Shown one piece after another: positions 12,374 through 22,264 of a stretch of DNA of 64,000 nt. The DNA is from Crocinitomicaceae bacterium. GTDB taxonomy: Bacteria > Bacteroidota > Bacteroidia > Flavobacteriales_D > Crocinitomicaceae. The stretch's first letter is position 1. Each line of letters opens with the position of its first letter. Made by a program: the position numbers and the translations under genes. The stretch covers positions 18,327 to 82,326 of the forward strand of contig JAWKMK010000008.1 of assembly GCA_041392275.1 (NCBI GenBank), read 5' to 3'. The notes under the pieces are model-generated. The model did no database searches, was not told the DNA's origin, and was given only the letters and a program-made list of their open reading frames with translations.

Positions 12374-12544
12374 GGGTTTTATTTTAAATTTATGTTTATT
12401 TATTAAACGATAACAAAACTAAAATTTTAATCTAGTTAAATGCTTATTTTTTGACATAGAACAATTTTAAAAAATCAGTATTATTGTAAAGCAATCAAAT
12501 GCATTATTGCTTATTTTTTAGTGAAATTTGTTTTGATTAATGAA

Positions 12545-13480
12545 CTACAATCCTAACATTGTCTTGATTTTATCTGCAATTTCTTGTGTGTAATAATTAG
12601 GAGCACAAATGTGACATTCTTTCACTTCTAAGAACTCTTTTGGATGATTCGCCTTATTAAAAATTTCTTTTCCCATTTCAAAAGGAATCACTTCATCTTC
12701 TGTGCTATGAATTATTAGCAATGGCTTGTGGTAGTGAGCAATAGAATCTTTGGCGCTGTACATTTCTTTTGTAAATGCTTTACCAAAACCACCTGCAAAT
12801 GCTTGTGCAACAGTTTTATGCGAAGAAAAAGCACCTTCAATCACAAGTGCATCAATATCTTTTTGTCGTTGCGTCCCCACTACACCAGCCAAATGTCCTC
12901 CCAACGATTGCCCGTAAATAACAATTTTCTTTGCAGGAGAAAAATTGGTCAACACATAATCCAAAGCGGCATTTCCATCTTTCAACACATTTTTTCGGGT
13001 TGGGCGACCTTCAGAAAAGCCAAATCCACTGTAATCAAACATAAAGACAGCAAAACCTTCTTTCACTAATGGTGTTACAGCATTAAATTGGTGTAACAAC
13101 GAACCTGCATTGCCATGAAAATGGACGAGTGTGGCCACTGGTTGAACCGGTGCTTTGGGCATTATTTCCCATCCATTCAGCAATTTTCCCGATTGATTTT
13201 TGAAAACCACACTTTTAATGGTGTACTCCAACTCAACTGTATCTTTATTTTCTTTTAAAAATACAGGTTGGTGATTTTCTCCAAAATGAACGGATATTGT
13301 TTCACTGTTTTTAGTCTTCAATGAAAAAGCAGTTGTTTTTGAAGAAAGTTTTGTAGGACGCAAAAATATAGAATTCAGTGCACACGATTGCAAAAAGAGC
13401 ATTGCAGCAAATAACCACAATACTCTTTTTAATTCATATTTCACAGCTTTCAACTTATGCTTCTGCATCGTCAAAAGCAA
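12545..13480 (-). CDS. Alpha/beta hydrolase (ABHD/YfhR-like), probable lipoprotein; start uncertain
   Basis: HFHGNAG, FDYSGFG and GQSLGG motifs, D-x-V-I-P; LQSC lipobox. Confidence 0.88.
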   Translation of the reverse strand: MLLTMQKHKLKAVKYELKRVLWLFAAMLFLQSCALNSIFLRPTKLSSKTTAFSLKTKNSETISVHFGENHQPVFLKENKDTVELEYTIKSVVFKNQSGKLLNGWEIMPKAPVQPVATLVHFHGNAGSLLHQFNAVTPLVKEGFAVFMFDYSGFGFSEGRPTRKNVLKDGNAALDYVLTNFSPAKKIVIYGQSLGGHLAGVVGTQRQKDIDALVIEGAFSSHKTVAQAFAGGFGKAFTKEMYSAKDSIAHYHKPLLIIHSTEDEVIPFEMGKEIFNKANHPKEFLEVKECHICAPNYYTQEIADKIKTMLGL

Positions 13481-13712
13481 TCACAGAAACAATTTCAGGA
13501 GCAATTTTCTTTACTTGTGCTTCTAAACCTGCTTTCAACGTCATTGTTGACATGTGGCAATCACTGCATGCACCAATTAACCGTACATGTGCTATACCAT
13601 CATCCGTAATTTTTACCAATTCCATATCCCCTCCATCTTCATGTAAGTAGGGACGTAATTGCGTTAAAACTTCGTTTACTTTTTTTGTTAGTTCTTCTTT
13701 ATTCAGTGTCAT
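13455..13712 (-). CDS. NifU C-terminal domain (Nfu) Fe-S carrier
   Basis: RPYLHEDGGD and GACSDC motifs. Confidence 0.92.
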   Translation of the reverse strand: MTLNKEELTKKVNEVLTQLRPYLHEDGGDMELVKITDDGIAHVRLIGACSDCHMSTMTLKAGLEAQVKKIAPEIVSVIAFDDAEA

Positions 13713-14803
13713 ACTACTGCGTTATGTTTTTTCTTCGATTTTTGTTCTTTTGCTTTTTCAACCTCTTCCACAAATACTTTGCATAAATCATCAAATGCTT
13801 GACTTACCACTGTATTTTCTTGGAAAACAGCTGGTTTACCAACATCGCCAGATTCACGAATGCTTTGTACCAATGGAATTTGACCTAAAAGTACCACTCC
13901 CATTCCTTCAGCTAAGTTTTTAGCGCCATCGCGACCAAAAATATAGTATTTATTTTCAGGTAATTCAGCCGGTGTAAACCATGCCATATTTTCAACCAAA
14001 CCTATAACTGGAACGTTAATAGTGTCTAATTTAAACATATTGATTCCTTTTCTTGCATCGGCTAATGCCACTTCTTGAGGAGTTGAAACAATAACAGCTC
14101 CATCCAAAGGTACATTTTGCACTAAAGATAAGTGAATATCACCTGTACCTGGAGGAAGGTCAATCAATAAATAATCCAACTCACCCCACTCTGCATCTGT
14201 AAACATTTGCGTCAAAGCTTTTGCAGCCATTGGTCCACGCCAAACAACCGCATTATCTTGCTCTGTAAAAAATCCAATTGACAATAATTTAACACCATGC
14301 GTTTCTACAGGGTCAATTTTTGGAACACCATCAATGGTTAACATTTTAGGTCGCATATTAACAACGTCGAACATTGTAGGCATAGAAGGTCCATAAATAT
14401 CCGCATCGACAATACCAACTGTATAGCCAGCTTTTAACAAACCACCTGCTATATTGGCTGTAATTGTTGATTTTCCCACACCACCTTTTCCAGAAGCAAC
14501 TGCAATAATATTTTTAACTTTTGGCAATACTTTACGATGCACTTCTTTCGATTCTGATGGCAAAGGAATAGTTGAACATTTAACAACAATGTTTGGAAAC
14601 TCTCTTTTTAAGTTAAACTCAACGGCTTCGTGCAAGCGTTTGCGCGCATGCAATGCAGGATTAGAGCTTAATACTTTAACAGAAACAGTATTATCTTCAA
14701 TTTTTAACTCCTCTACAAAACTTAAAGAAACAATATCGTTTTTCAATTCTGGATCTTGAATTCTACCTAACACCTCCAAGACATTCTCTCTTGTCAACTC
14801 CAT
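13709..14803 (-). CDS. apbC: Mrp/NBP35 (ApbC) Fe-S cluster carrier ATPase
   Basis: N-terminal DPEL domain; GKGGVGKST, DADIYGPS, WRGPM, DLPPGTGD and VENM motifs. Confidence 0.93.
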   Translation of the reverse strand: MELTRENVLEVLGRIQDPELKNDIVSLSFVEELKIEDNTVSVKVLSSNPALHARKRLHEAVEFNLKREFPNIVVKCSTIPLPSESKEVHRKVLPKVKNIIAVASGKGGVGKSTITANIAGGLLKAGYTVGIVDADIYGPSMPTMFDVVNMRPKMLTIDGVPKIDPVETHGVKLLSIGFFTEQDNAVVWRGPMAAKALTQMFTDAEWGELDYLLIDLPPGTGDIHLSLVQNVPLDGAVIVSTPQEVALADARKGINMFKLDTINVPVIGLVENMAWFTPAELPENKYYIFGRDGAKNLAEGMGVVLLGQIPLVQSIRESGDVGKPAVFQENTVVSQAFDDLCKVFVEEVEKAKEQKSKKKHNAVV

Positions 14804-15058
14804 ATATAAATAATTTTGCTGTGTAAAATTACATATTTTTTCTTTAAACTATTTGTATTAATTCTAAATAAAGTAAAAAAGAATCCACAATAATCTGTTA
14901 ACTTGCTTAAAATCGGATAACCGACTACTTTTTATTTTGCGAGAAGCCTTCAATATACTAATTTCAAACAAATGAAATAACTATAAATTTATAAGATGAA
15001 GCTAAAAACAACTAATGATTAAACATTTCAAACAAAGAGATTTATTGGGTGCACTAAG

Positions 15059-15898
15059 CTATTCGTTTCCTTGAATTAATTCTTCTATTTCAAATTTCAC
15101 CTTTTGACGGTTTTTCCCTTTGATAAAATTGCTTTCAAAAACTTCATCGTTGCCATACAAGTCCTTTACCAAAATAAATCCTTTGTTGAGCAAATAATCT
15201 TTTTCATTTTTGGTTAATGAGGTTAAACAAGTAATGGGATACAGCGCTTTTTGATCAACCAAGTTCTTAATACTTCTTTTTGCAGGATAATCCCACGATA
15301 GCATTTTTAAGCCATAGTGCTCGCCAAAAGCAATGGCATCTGAGGTAAAATAGGCATTTGTTATTAACCAACCATGTGTAAAACGATGAGCTCCACCAAA
15401 AAATGGATACGTTTGCTGTGAAATATCGTTCACGCGCGATAAAACATACATAGGTGTGGTAACGCTGATTTTAGAATCCATGGTATTTCTAAACTTGCAT
15501 TCTATCCATAACATCTCCTCGCCTTTTTTGGCAATCACATCTGCTTCATGCGTCACAGCCTCTCCTTGTACTAATACATTTGTACATGTTTCATAGCCAT
15601 AGCTTTCTAAAAAACGTGCAATCCATTGTTCAAAATAAAACCCAGCAGGTCCTAATTCCATCAATGCTCGTTTTAAACTATAACGTGCTGCAAACGTACC
15701 ATTTACCTTTTTCAATTGATTGAATGCCAGTTGATAAATAGCTTTGGTTGACATTCCATCATGAATGCGGGGCAACATATTTTCTAAAACTTCGGCCACT
15801 TCAATATCGGATGCACCCGATTTTGTGAGTGAATATTTGAGTTTTTCTACGTCAAATTCAGATACTTCGCCAGTTTGTCGTTTTATTTTAAAATTCAT
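15059..15898 (-). CDS. ATP-cone domain fused to an Mrr-like PD-(D/E)xK restriction endonuclease domain
   Basis: N-terminal IKRQTGEVSEFDVEKL (ATP-cone); GFYFEQWI, HEADVIAKK..IECK and ITNAYFTSDA motifs. Confidence 0.85.
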   Translation of the reverse strand: MNFKIKRQTGEVSEFDVEKLKYSLTKSGASDIEVAEVLENMLPRIHDGMSTKAIYQLAFNQLKKVNGTFAARYSLKRALMELGPAGFYFEQWIARFLESYGYETCTNVLVQGEAVTHEADVIAKKGEEMLWIECKFRNTMDSKISVTTPMYVLSRVNDISQQTYPFFGGAHRFTHGWLITNAYFTSDAIAFGEHYGLKMLSWDYPAKRSIKNLVDQKALYPITCLTSLTKNEKDYLLNKGFILVKDLYGNDEVFESNFIKGKNRQKVKFEIEELIQGNE

Positions 15899-15904
15899 AG
15901 TCAA

Positions 15905-16777
15905 TTAGAGTGAACGTGCCAATTTAAAATAGTGCATCAATTGTGTGGTTTGAATAATTTTTTGCCACGAATCGGCTTTCCATTCGGCAACGGATTGAAA
16001 ATAATTTTGCATTAGGTCGGCAGTTCGTTGTTGCTCATTCATTGCCTCCAATGGCACAATTAGTTCTTGCGATGGTGGAAAACGATACAACAATCGATTG
16101 GCATAACTCCTAACATCAATATCTTTTGTGGTTTTAGCAAACAATTGTAATTTTTCATCTCCCACTTGCGTATTTGACAGCCACAATATGGTTATTACTG
16201 TTCGTTGCGCCTCGGTTGAAATGGTATCGTATATTTCTGCTAAAGGAGTCACATATTTTTGAGGTTTCAAAGGCAATAACAAATAGGCCGCAATTTCACC
16301 TTGATTGAACGTTTTATTGATTAACGGATTCAACACATTGATTTTAGTTGTTTTAAACAATGTTTTTACACCATTCACCACATTAATGCCACTTAGCGCA
16401 AAAGTTCTATATTTTTCAATCAATTCCCATTGGTTCATGTCCGCCCAATTGATGTTTGCAATTGCTTGTTCAATTAGTGCATTGTCAGAAGGTTTAAACG
16501 ATTGAATATTAAGGTAAGAGCACAAATCAAAATACAAATAAGAAGGTTGATTAGGAATTGTTAATACTTTTCTAATTTGAGGTAAAAAATTAGCCGTATC
16601 CTTATCCATTTCTTTCCAGAACAAACGCAATTCTTCGTTTTTTTTTATTGCTTCATCTGGAGTTAAAGTAGCAATTTTGAAATTGTAAATAGATTCAACT
16701 TTTTCTTTAAATGATTGTGAATAAGTAATTGTATTACAAATAAATAAAAACAATAAAAAATTTAAAACAAATTTCAT
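15905..16777 (-). CDS. Hypothetical exported helical protein
   Basis: 290-aa ORF with signal peptide, abutting the ATP-cone nuclease gene. Confidence 0.75.
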   Translation of the reverse strand: MKFVLNFLLFLFICNTITYSQSFKEKVESIYNFKIATLTPDEAIKKNEELRLFWKEMDKDTANFLPQIRKVLTIPNQPSYLYFDLCSYLNIQSFKPSDNALIEQAIANINWADMNQWELIEKYRTFALSGINVVNGVKTLFKTTKINVLNPLINKTFNQGEIAAYLLLPLKPQKYVTPLAEIYDTISTEAQRTVITILWLSNTQVGDEKLQLFAKTTKDIDVRSYANRLLYRFPPSQELIVPLEAMNEQQRTADLMQNYFQSVAEWKADSWQKIIQTTQLMHYFKLARSL

Positions 16778-16959
16778 AATCCTACTTTTTATAAATTTAA
16801 TTCTCTTCTTTCATACCTTATACCACAATTCAAATTCAGCATGTATTTCACACAAATTTAGTGATTATTTGTAACAACCTATTTTTTGTTAATATCTCTT
16901 GACAACTTCTTGTTGTTGCTAATGCTATAATTCTTATTTTTGACATAAATCAAAACACG

Positions 16960-18207
16960 ATGAACAATTACAAACATCAAGTAAGAGAAAATTTTATTCG
17001 CTACGCGAAAATAGACACAACAGCAGATCCTAATTCAACAACTTTTCCTTCTTCTATGAAGCAAAAAGACTTAGCACAATTGCTTGTAAAAGAATTGCAA
17101 GACATGGGTGCAAGCGAGGTTGAAATGGACGAATGGGGCTATGTTTTTGCTACCATTCCAAGCAACACCGACAAAGTAACATCAACTATCTGTTTTTGTT
17201 CGCACATGGACACAGCGCCAGATGTAACTGGAACCAACGTTAAACCAATTGTGCACGAAAAATACAACGGGCAACCTATTGTTTTGCCAGACGATCCAAC
17301 GCAAATCATCACTACGGAAATGCATCCGTATTTGAAAGAAAAAATTGGTGACGATATCATCACGGCAAGTGGAACAACGCTTTTGGGTGCTGACGACAAA
17401 GCAGGTGTTGCCATTATTATGGATTTTGCCAATTATTTATTGACACATCCTGAGGTAAAACACGGAAAAGTGCGCATTTTATTCACACCCGACGAAGAAG
17501 TTGGTCGCGGGGTAGATCATTTGGATATCAAAAAATTAAATGCCGACTACGGTTACACGTTGGACGGAGGAGTTTTGGGTTCTATTGAAGACGAAACATT
17601 TTCTGCTGACTCAGTAAAAGTAACATTTAAAGGAGTGAGTGCACACCCTGGTTATGCGAAAGGAATCATGGTTAACTCCATCAAATTGGCTTCTGATTTT
17701 GTGGCTGCCTTGCCAAAAGATCGTTGGTCGCCTGAAACGACTGAAGGAAGAGATGGTTTTGTTCACCCTGTTTCTATCAGTGGAATTATGGAATCAACAA
17801 CGGTGAGTTTCATCATTCGTGACCATGTTACCGAAAAGCTTTCTAAATACGAAGACGAATTAAGAGGAATTGCCCAAATGATTGTTGAACCGCACAATGG
17901 TGTTTCAATGGAATTTGTGGTAAAAGAACAATACCGCAACATGAAAGAAGTATTGAACAGCGTTCCTTTTGTTACAGAATATGCTATTGAAGCAATGAAA
18001 CGTGCTGGTGTTGAACCAAAACCGATGATTATCCGCGGTGGAACTGACGGTTCTCGCTTATCGTTTATGGGATTACCTTGTCCGAACTTGTTTACTGGAG
18101 AAATGGGAATTCACTCAAAACACGAATACGTGAGCGTTCAAGATATGGAAAAAGCAGTGCGAACAATGGTGGAATTAATTAAAATCTGGGAAGAACACGT
18201 AGATTAA
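16960..18207 (+). CDS. pepT: Peptidase T (M20B tripeptidase)
   Basis: SHMDT, LGADDKAG, FTPDEEVG, IRGGTDG and HSKHEY motifs. Confidence 0.96.
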   Translation: MNNYKHQVRENFIRYAKIDTTADPNSTTFPSSMKQKDLAQLLVKELQDMGASEVEMDEWGYVFATIPSNTDKVTSTICFCSHMDTAPDVTGTNVKPIVHEKYNGQPIVLPDDPTQIITTEMHPYLKEKIGDDIITASGTTLLGADDKAGVAIIMDFANYLLTHPEVKHGKVRILFTPDEEVGRGVDHLDIKKLNADYGYTLDGGVLGSIEDETFSADSVKVTFKGVSAHPGYAKGIMVNSIKLASDFVAALPKDRWSPETTEGRDGFVHPVSISGIMESTTVSFIIRDHVTEKLSKYEDELRGIAQMIVEPHNGVSMEFVVKEQYRNMKEVLNSVPFVTEYAIEAMKRAGVEPKPMIIRGGTDGSRLSFMGLPCPNLFTGEMGIHSKHEYVSVQDMEKAVRTMVELIKIWEEHVD

Positions 18208-18208
18208 G

Positions 18209-19213
18209 ATGGACCACAAGCTTATCATAAAAAATATTAAGCAAAAACAGTTCGAAAAAATTTACTTTCTTCATGGTGAAGAACCGTATTACATTGATTT
18301 AGTTTGTGATGCAATAGAGGAAAATGCCATTGATGAAAGCGAAAAAGATTTCAACCAAACGATAATTTATGGTAAGGATGTTGTTATTCCGCAGCTAATA
18401 TCAGAGGTGAAATCGTTTCCTATGATGGGAGAAAAACGATTGGTGATAGTTAAAGAAGCTCAAAACATTGATAAGGATGATTTTGAGCTCCTTGCTCCCT
18501 TATTTGAAAATCCAGTTGATACCACTATTTTTGTTATTTGTTATAAGTATAAAAAATACGACTCGCGCACAAAATTGCTCAAAGATGCCGCCAAAAATGG
18601 GTTGGTCTTTGTTACCGAAAAACTTAAAGATTATAAAGTAGTTGATTGGATAAATAAATTTGTTGCCGAATCGGGCTACCAAATTTCGCAAAAAGCTTCT
18701 ATGTTGTTGGCCGAAAACTTGGGAACCGACATTGGTAGAATCATCAATGAGCTTGAAAAACTTCAAATTTTAGTAGAAAAAGGAACGGTTATCAACGAGG
18801 TACATGTGGAAGAAAACATTGGTATCTCCAAAGATTACAACTTTTTCGAGCTTTCTAATGCGTTTGCCGATCGCGATCACCTGAAAGCCTATAAAATTGT
18901 TGATTATTTTGACAAAAACCCTAAAGCAGGAAGCATTATTCCGGTAATAAGTAACTTGTATGCTTATCACATTAAATTGATGCGTTTACATTTTTCACCC
19001 GATAAATCGCAAGCTTCGTTGGCTTCAATTTTAAAAATAGCACCATTTGTTGTTGCTCAGTATACCAAAGCAGCAAAAATATACCCACCCAAAAAATTGG
19101 CAGAAAACATTGCTATTTTACAAGAATACGATTTAATGTCAAAAGGAGTCAACAATTCATCCATGTCTAGTGGCGATTTGATGAAAGAAATGATGTTTCG
19201 CTTAATGAATTGA
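18209..19213 (+). CDS. holA: DNA polymerase III subunit delta
   Basis: IYFLHGEEPYYID, FPMMGEKRLVIVKEAQ and IGISKDYNFFEL motifs. Confidence 0.95.
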   Translation: MDHKLIIKNIKQKQFEKIYFLHGEEPYYIDLVCDAIEENAIDESEKDFNQTIIYGKDVVIPQLISEVKSFPMMGEKRLVIVKEAQNIDKDDFELLAPLFENPVDTTIFVICYKYKKYDSRTKLLKDAAKNGLVFVTEKLKDYKVVDWINKFVAESGYQISQKASMLLAENLGTDIGRIINELEKLQILVEKGTVINEVHVEENIGISKDYNFFELSNAFADRDHLKAYKIVDYFDKNPKAGSIIPVISNLYAYHIKLMRLHFSPDKSQASLASILKIAPFVVAQYTKAAKIYPPKKLAENIAILQEYDLMSKGVNNSSMSSGDLMKEMMFRLMN

Positions 19214-19214
19214 T

Positions 19215-19904
19215 ATGCAACTATTTTACGATGCTCAAATAACCGATTCCACACAATTTCATCAATTGAATGAAACCGAATCGCGCCATATTTGTAAAGT
19301 TCTCCGTTTAAAAGAAGGCGATACTATTGGACTTCAAAACGGTTGTGGTTTATTGGTAACTGCTGTAATTTTAGAGGCACACCCCAAACATTGCAAAGTT
19401 GAAATTATTGAGCGAAAAATTGAAGTTGCTCCTGCATTCAACGTCCACATTGCTATTTGTCCCACCAAAATGAACGAGCGCATGGAATGGTTGGTTGAAA
19501 AAGCAACCGAATTGGGTGTTACTGAAATTACGTTTTTATTGAGCAAAAATTCTGAACGAAAAGCTATTAAATTAGAACGATTTGAGAACATTGCCATAAG
19601 CGCTATGAAGCAATCCAAACGATTGTTTTTACCCAAAATAAACGATTTAACTAAAGTGGAACAATTCATTAAAGCGCATCCCAACGGTTACATTGCCCAT
19701 TGCTATGAAGGAGAAAAACAGCAACTTTCTGCAATTTTTGATAAAAACGCACCTATTTTAATTGGTCCAGAAGGCGATTTTACATTAGAAGAAACTGCCT
19801 TAGCAATTGAAAATGGCTACAAAGCAATAACGTTAGGAAAAAATCGATTGCGCACAGAAACCGCAGGATTGTATGCCTGTATGCAAGCATTAATGGCGAT
19901 TTAG
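19215..19904 (+). CDS. rsmE: 16S rRNA m3U1498 methyltransferase
   Basis: HICKVLR, EKATELG, IGPEGDF and LGKNRLRTETA motifs. Confidence 0.96.
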   Translation: MQLFYDAQITDSTQFHQLNETESRHICKVLRLKEGDTIGLQNGCGLLVTAVILEAHPKHCKVEIIERKIEVAPAFNVHIAICPTKMNERMEWLVEKATELGVTEITFLLSKNSERKAIKLERFENIAISAMKQSKRLFLPKINDLTKVEQFIKAHPNGYIAHCYEGEKQQLSAIFDKNAPILIGPEGDFTLEETALAIENGYKAITLGKNRLRTETAGLYACMQALMAI

Positions 19905-19960
19905 CATAAAAAATTAATCAAAATCTATTTACTTTTTTATTTTTGTTGAAAACCAAAGCG

Positions 19961-20608
19961 ATGAAAAAACTAATTGTATGGATAACATTATTTGTAAGCA
20001 CCTGTGGATATTCGCAATATGCTTATCAAATTGCAGTTTTGAAATACAATGGTGGTGGAGATTATTATGCCAACCCTACATCGGTTCCAAATCTTGTAAA
20101 ATTTTGCAACGAAAATCTATCCACTAAAATTTCTCCCGATGTTCCATTTGTAGAAGTGGGTAGCCCTGACTTATTTCAATACCCTTTTGTGCACATGACA
20201 GGACACGGAAACGTTGTTTTTTCGCAACAAGAGGCAAGTAATTTACGCAACTATTTGCAAGGCGGTGGTTTTTTGCACATAGACGACAACTACGGTATGG
20301 ATCAATTCATACGTGTAGAAATCAAAAAAGTATTTCCCAACAAAGAATTGGTAGAATTGCCATTTAACCACCCTATTTTTCATCAAAAATACAATTTCAA
20401 CGGATTGCCAAAAATTCACGAACATGATGGCAAGCGACCGCAAGCATTTGGAATTATTGAAAACGGAAAAGTTATTTTGCTTTACACGTATGAAACCGAC
20501 TTAGGCGATGGTTGGGAAGATATTAACGTGCACCAAGATTCTCCAGAAAAACATAAACAAGCGCTTCAAATGGGTGCCAATATTATCAACTACGCATTTA
20601 CGGAGTAG
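19961..20608 (+). CDS. DUF4159 domain protein
   Basis: KYNGGGDYYANP, YPFVHMTGHG, GGFLHIDDNYG and DLGDGWED motifs. Confidence 0.88.
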   Translation: MKKLIVWITLFVSTCGYSQYAYQIAVLKYNGGGDYYANPTSVPNLVKFCNENLSTKISPDVPFVEVGSPDLFQYPFVHMTGHGNVVFSQQEASNLRNYLQGGGFLHIDDNYGMDQFIRVEIKKVFPNKELVELPFNHPIFHQKYNFNGLPKIHEHDGKRPQAFGIIENGKVILLYTYETDLGDGWEDINVHQDSPEKHKQALQMGANIINYAFTE

Positions 20609-20752
20609 TTGGTTTTAGTTGAAATAAAACAGATTTGTTGCATTTATTATAGATAATGAAATTGTAAGCGTTTTTCAAACAACTCTCATACCCTATTTCA
20701 TACCATTTACAGAAACTAAAATGGAGCACTCAAACATTAAAACAAACAGAAT

Positions 20753-20806
20753 ATGGACAGTATAAATAGAAAAAATCATTGGGAAACAGTTTATGAAACA
20801 AAATGA
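20753..20806 (+). pseudogene. N-terminal remnant of a class I SAM-dependent methyltransferase
   Basis: MDSINRKNHWETVYETK followed by a stop; resembles the RKxHWExVYxxK start of Bacteroidota methyltransferases. Confidence 0.5.
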
Positions 20807-21051
20807 ATTTAAAAAACGGTTTTGAAAAAATTAGTTGCTTAACAGAGGATCATACAACACCATTTAACACCACTCAGAATTTTCTTTTTTGTAGCTTCAA
20901 AAAACAACAAAATTAAGCTTGTATATTCACTTTAAGAAAGAAGACAATTCACCTGCTGTCAAAAAGTGCTTTCTTAAACGAAAATTATCAAAACAACCGT
21001 AAAACAAGGTTTGATTAATGTGAAATAATCTGCTTAAAAAAAAGTTTATTG

Positions 21052-21089
21052 AAGTTGTTTAAATTTGAAATAAATGTGTAGTTTAGTGA
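21052..21089 (+). repeat. 38-bp direct repeat, copy 1
   Basis: aagttgtttaaatttgaaataaatgtgtagtttagtga; 32/38 identical to 23519..23556, last 16 bp identical. Confidence 0.85.
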
Positions 21090-21168
21090 TGGAAATTAAC
21101 GGAGGAAGCTGGTTTAAACGAACTGCCGTTATGTACAATTAAACAAAACAGTAAAACCGTAAAACATT

Positions 21169-21672
21169 ATGACAAAAACAATTCTAGCAACATCGTTACT
21201 TTTCTTTTTTATTTCATGTGGCAATAAAGAAATAAAAAAAACGCCAATTTCTTCTACGAATGAAACTGAAATTAACTTAGAAACCGAAGAACAGAATACA
21301 GAATCGTTTGAACACGAAATAGATAAACGTTTTGATGATTGTATTAATGAAAACGGATGTACTGTTTGTTATGAAGAATGTACTGTAAAAGCAATTAAAG
21401 AATGGCGATCTGAAATGAATAAGTATTACAACTTGTTGCTAGAGAATTTAGATGAACCTACTAAAGAAAAATTAATCTTGTCTCAAAAAAAATGGTTAGA
21501 ATATTCAGAATTTGAACTTCAATTTAGCAATGAATTTTACGGCAACATGAGTGGAACAATTTGGGGTGGAGTTGGTCTTGCACAGTCTAAAGAAAAAATT
21601 AAAAGCAGAGCGTTAGAATTAAAGGCTCATTATGATGCCATCACGGGAGATGCTGTAAGAAGACCAAGCTAA
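21169..21672 (+). CDS. LprI/DUF1311 lysozyme-inhibitor-like lipoprotein
   Basis: ISC lipobox; W-x2-EMNKYYNLL...KLILSQKKWLEY pattern typical of DUF1311. Confidence 0.75.
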   Translation: MTKTILATSLLFFFISCGNKEIKKTPISSTNETEINLETEEQNTESFEHEIDKRFDDCINENGCTVCYEECTVKAIKEWRSEMNKYYNLLLENLDEPTKEKLILSQKKWLEYSEFELQFSNEFYGNMSGTIWGGVGLAQSKEKIKSRALELKAHYDAITGDAVRRPS

Positions 21673-21807
21673 ATCTATTCTAATAAAATAGCTAGCAAAA
21701 TGACATTATTATTGACGCTCGCATTTTGGGTTTCAACAATAACGTTTTTTGCTTAAACTATTTCACGTACCTCTAAACCGTTAGTTGTCAGACTAAAAAA
21801 ACGATTA

Positions 21808-22234
21808 TAAATATTCGGGTGGAATTGAACAGTTTAGAATTGACTATGAAATTCCACTTTCTGAAATAGATCAAGAAGACGATGAGCTATTTTCATTAGG
21901 ATAAATGAATGTAGATCAATTAGATATCGACAATTTGATTGCTAAAGGATTAAGTTTTGACAATGACAAACAAAGATCTGATGATTTTACAATAATCTAT
22001 AGGTATGAAGGCTTTTTGTGGGATGTAAATTGGCTAAAACATAATCGTGTATTTGCTTGGCATGTAAACACCTCTGAAGACCTACTATCGAAAATGGATA
22101 GAATTAGCAATATGACCGTAGATGGAATCACCCAGCAAATGGAAGAAGGAAACATGTTGAAAACAAACGAAAGTAATTTTTACCCTTATCGACACAACGA
22201 GAGTAATATTTTTGTATTTTTACCCTTGTATTAG
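21808..22234 (+). pseudogene. Hypothetical protein relic (start missing, internal stop before ORF 21905..22234)
   Basis: In-frame KYSGGIEQFRIDYEIPLSEIDQEDDELFSLG-stop precedes MNVDQLDID...; the 3' end runs into the Fic upstream repeats. Confidence 0.5.
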
Positions 22235-22248
22235 AAACAAGAGTAAAA
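22176..22248. promoter_or_regulatory. Two tandem (40-bp period) imperfect palindromes upstream of fic; putative operators
   Basis: tttttacccttatcgacacaacgagagtaa and tttttacccttgtattagaaacaagagtaaaa. Confidence 0.55.
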
Positions 22249-22264
22249 CTTACACTTGAAGAAA

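Noticed and set aside
22176-22248. Mini-CRISPR array
   Set aside because: Only two divergent units, spacers far too short, and no cas genes
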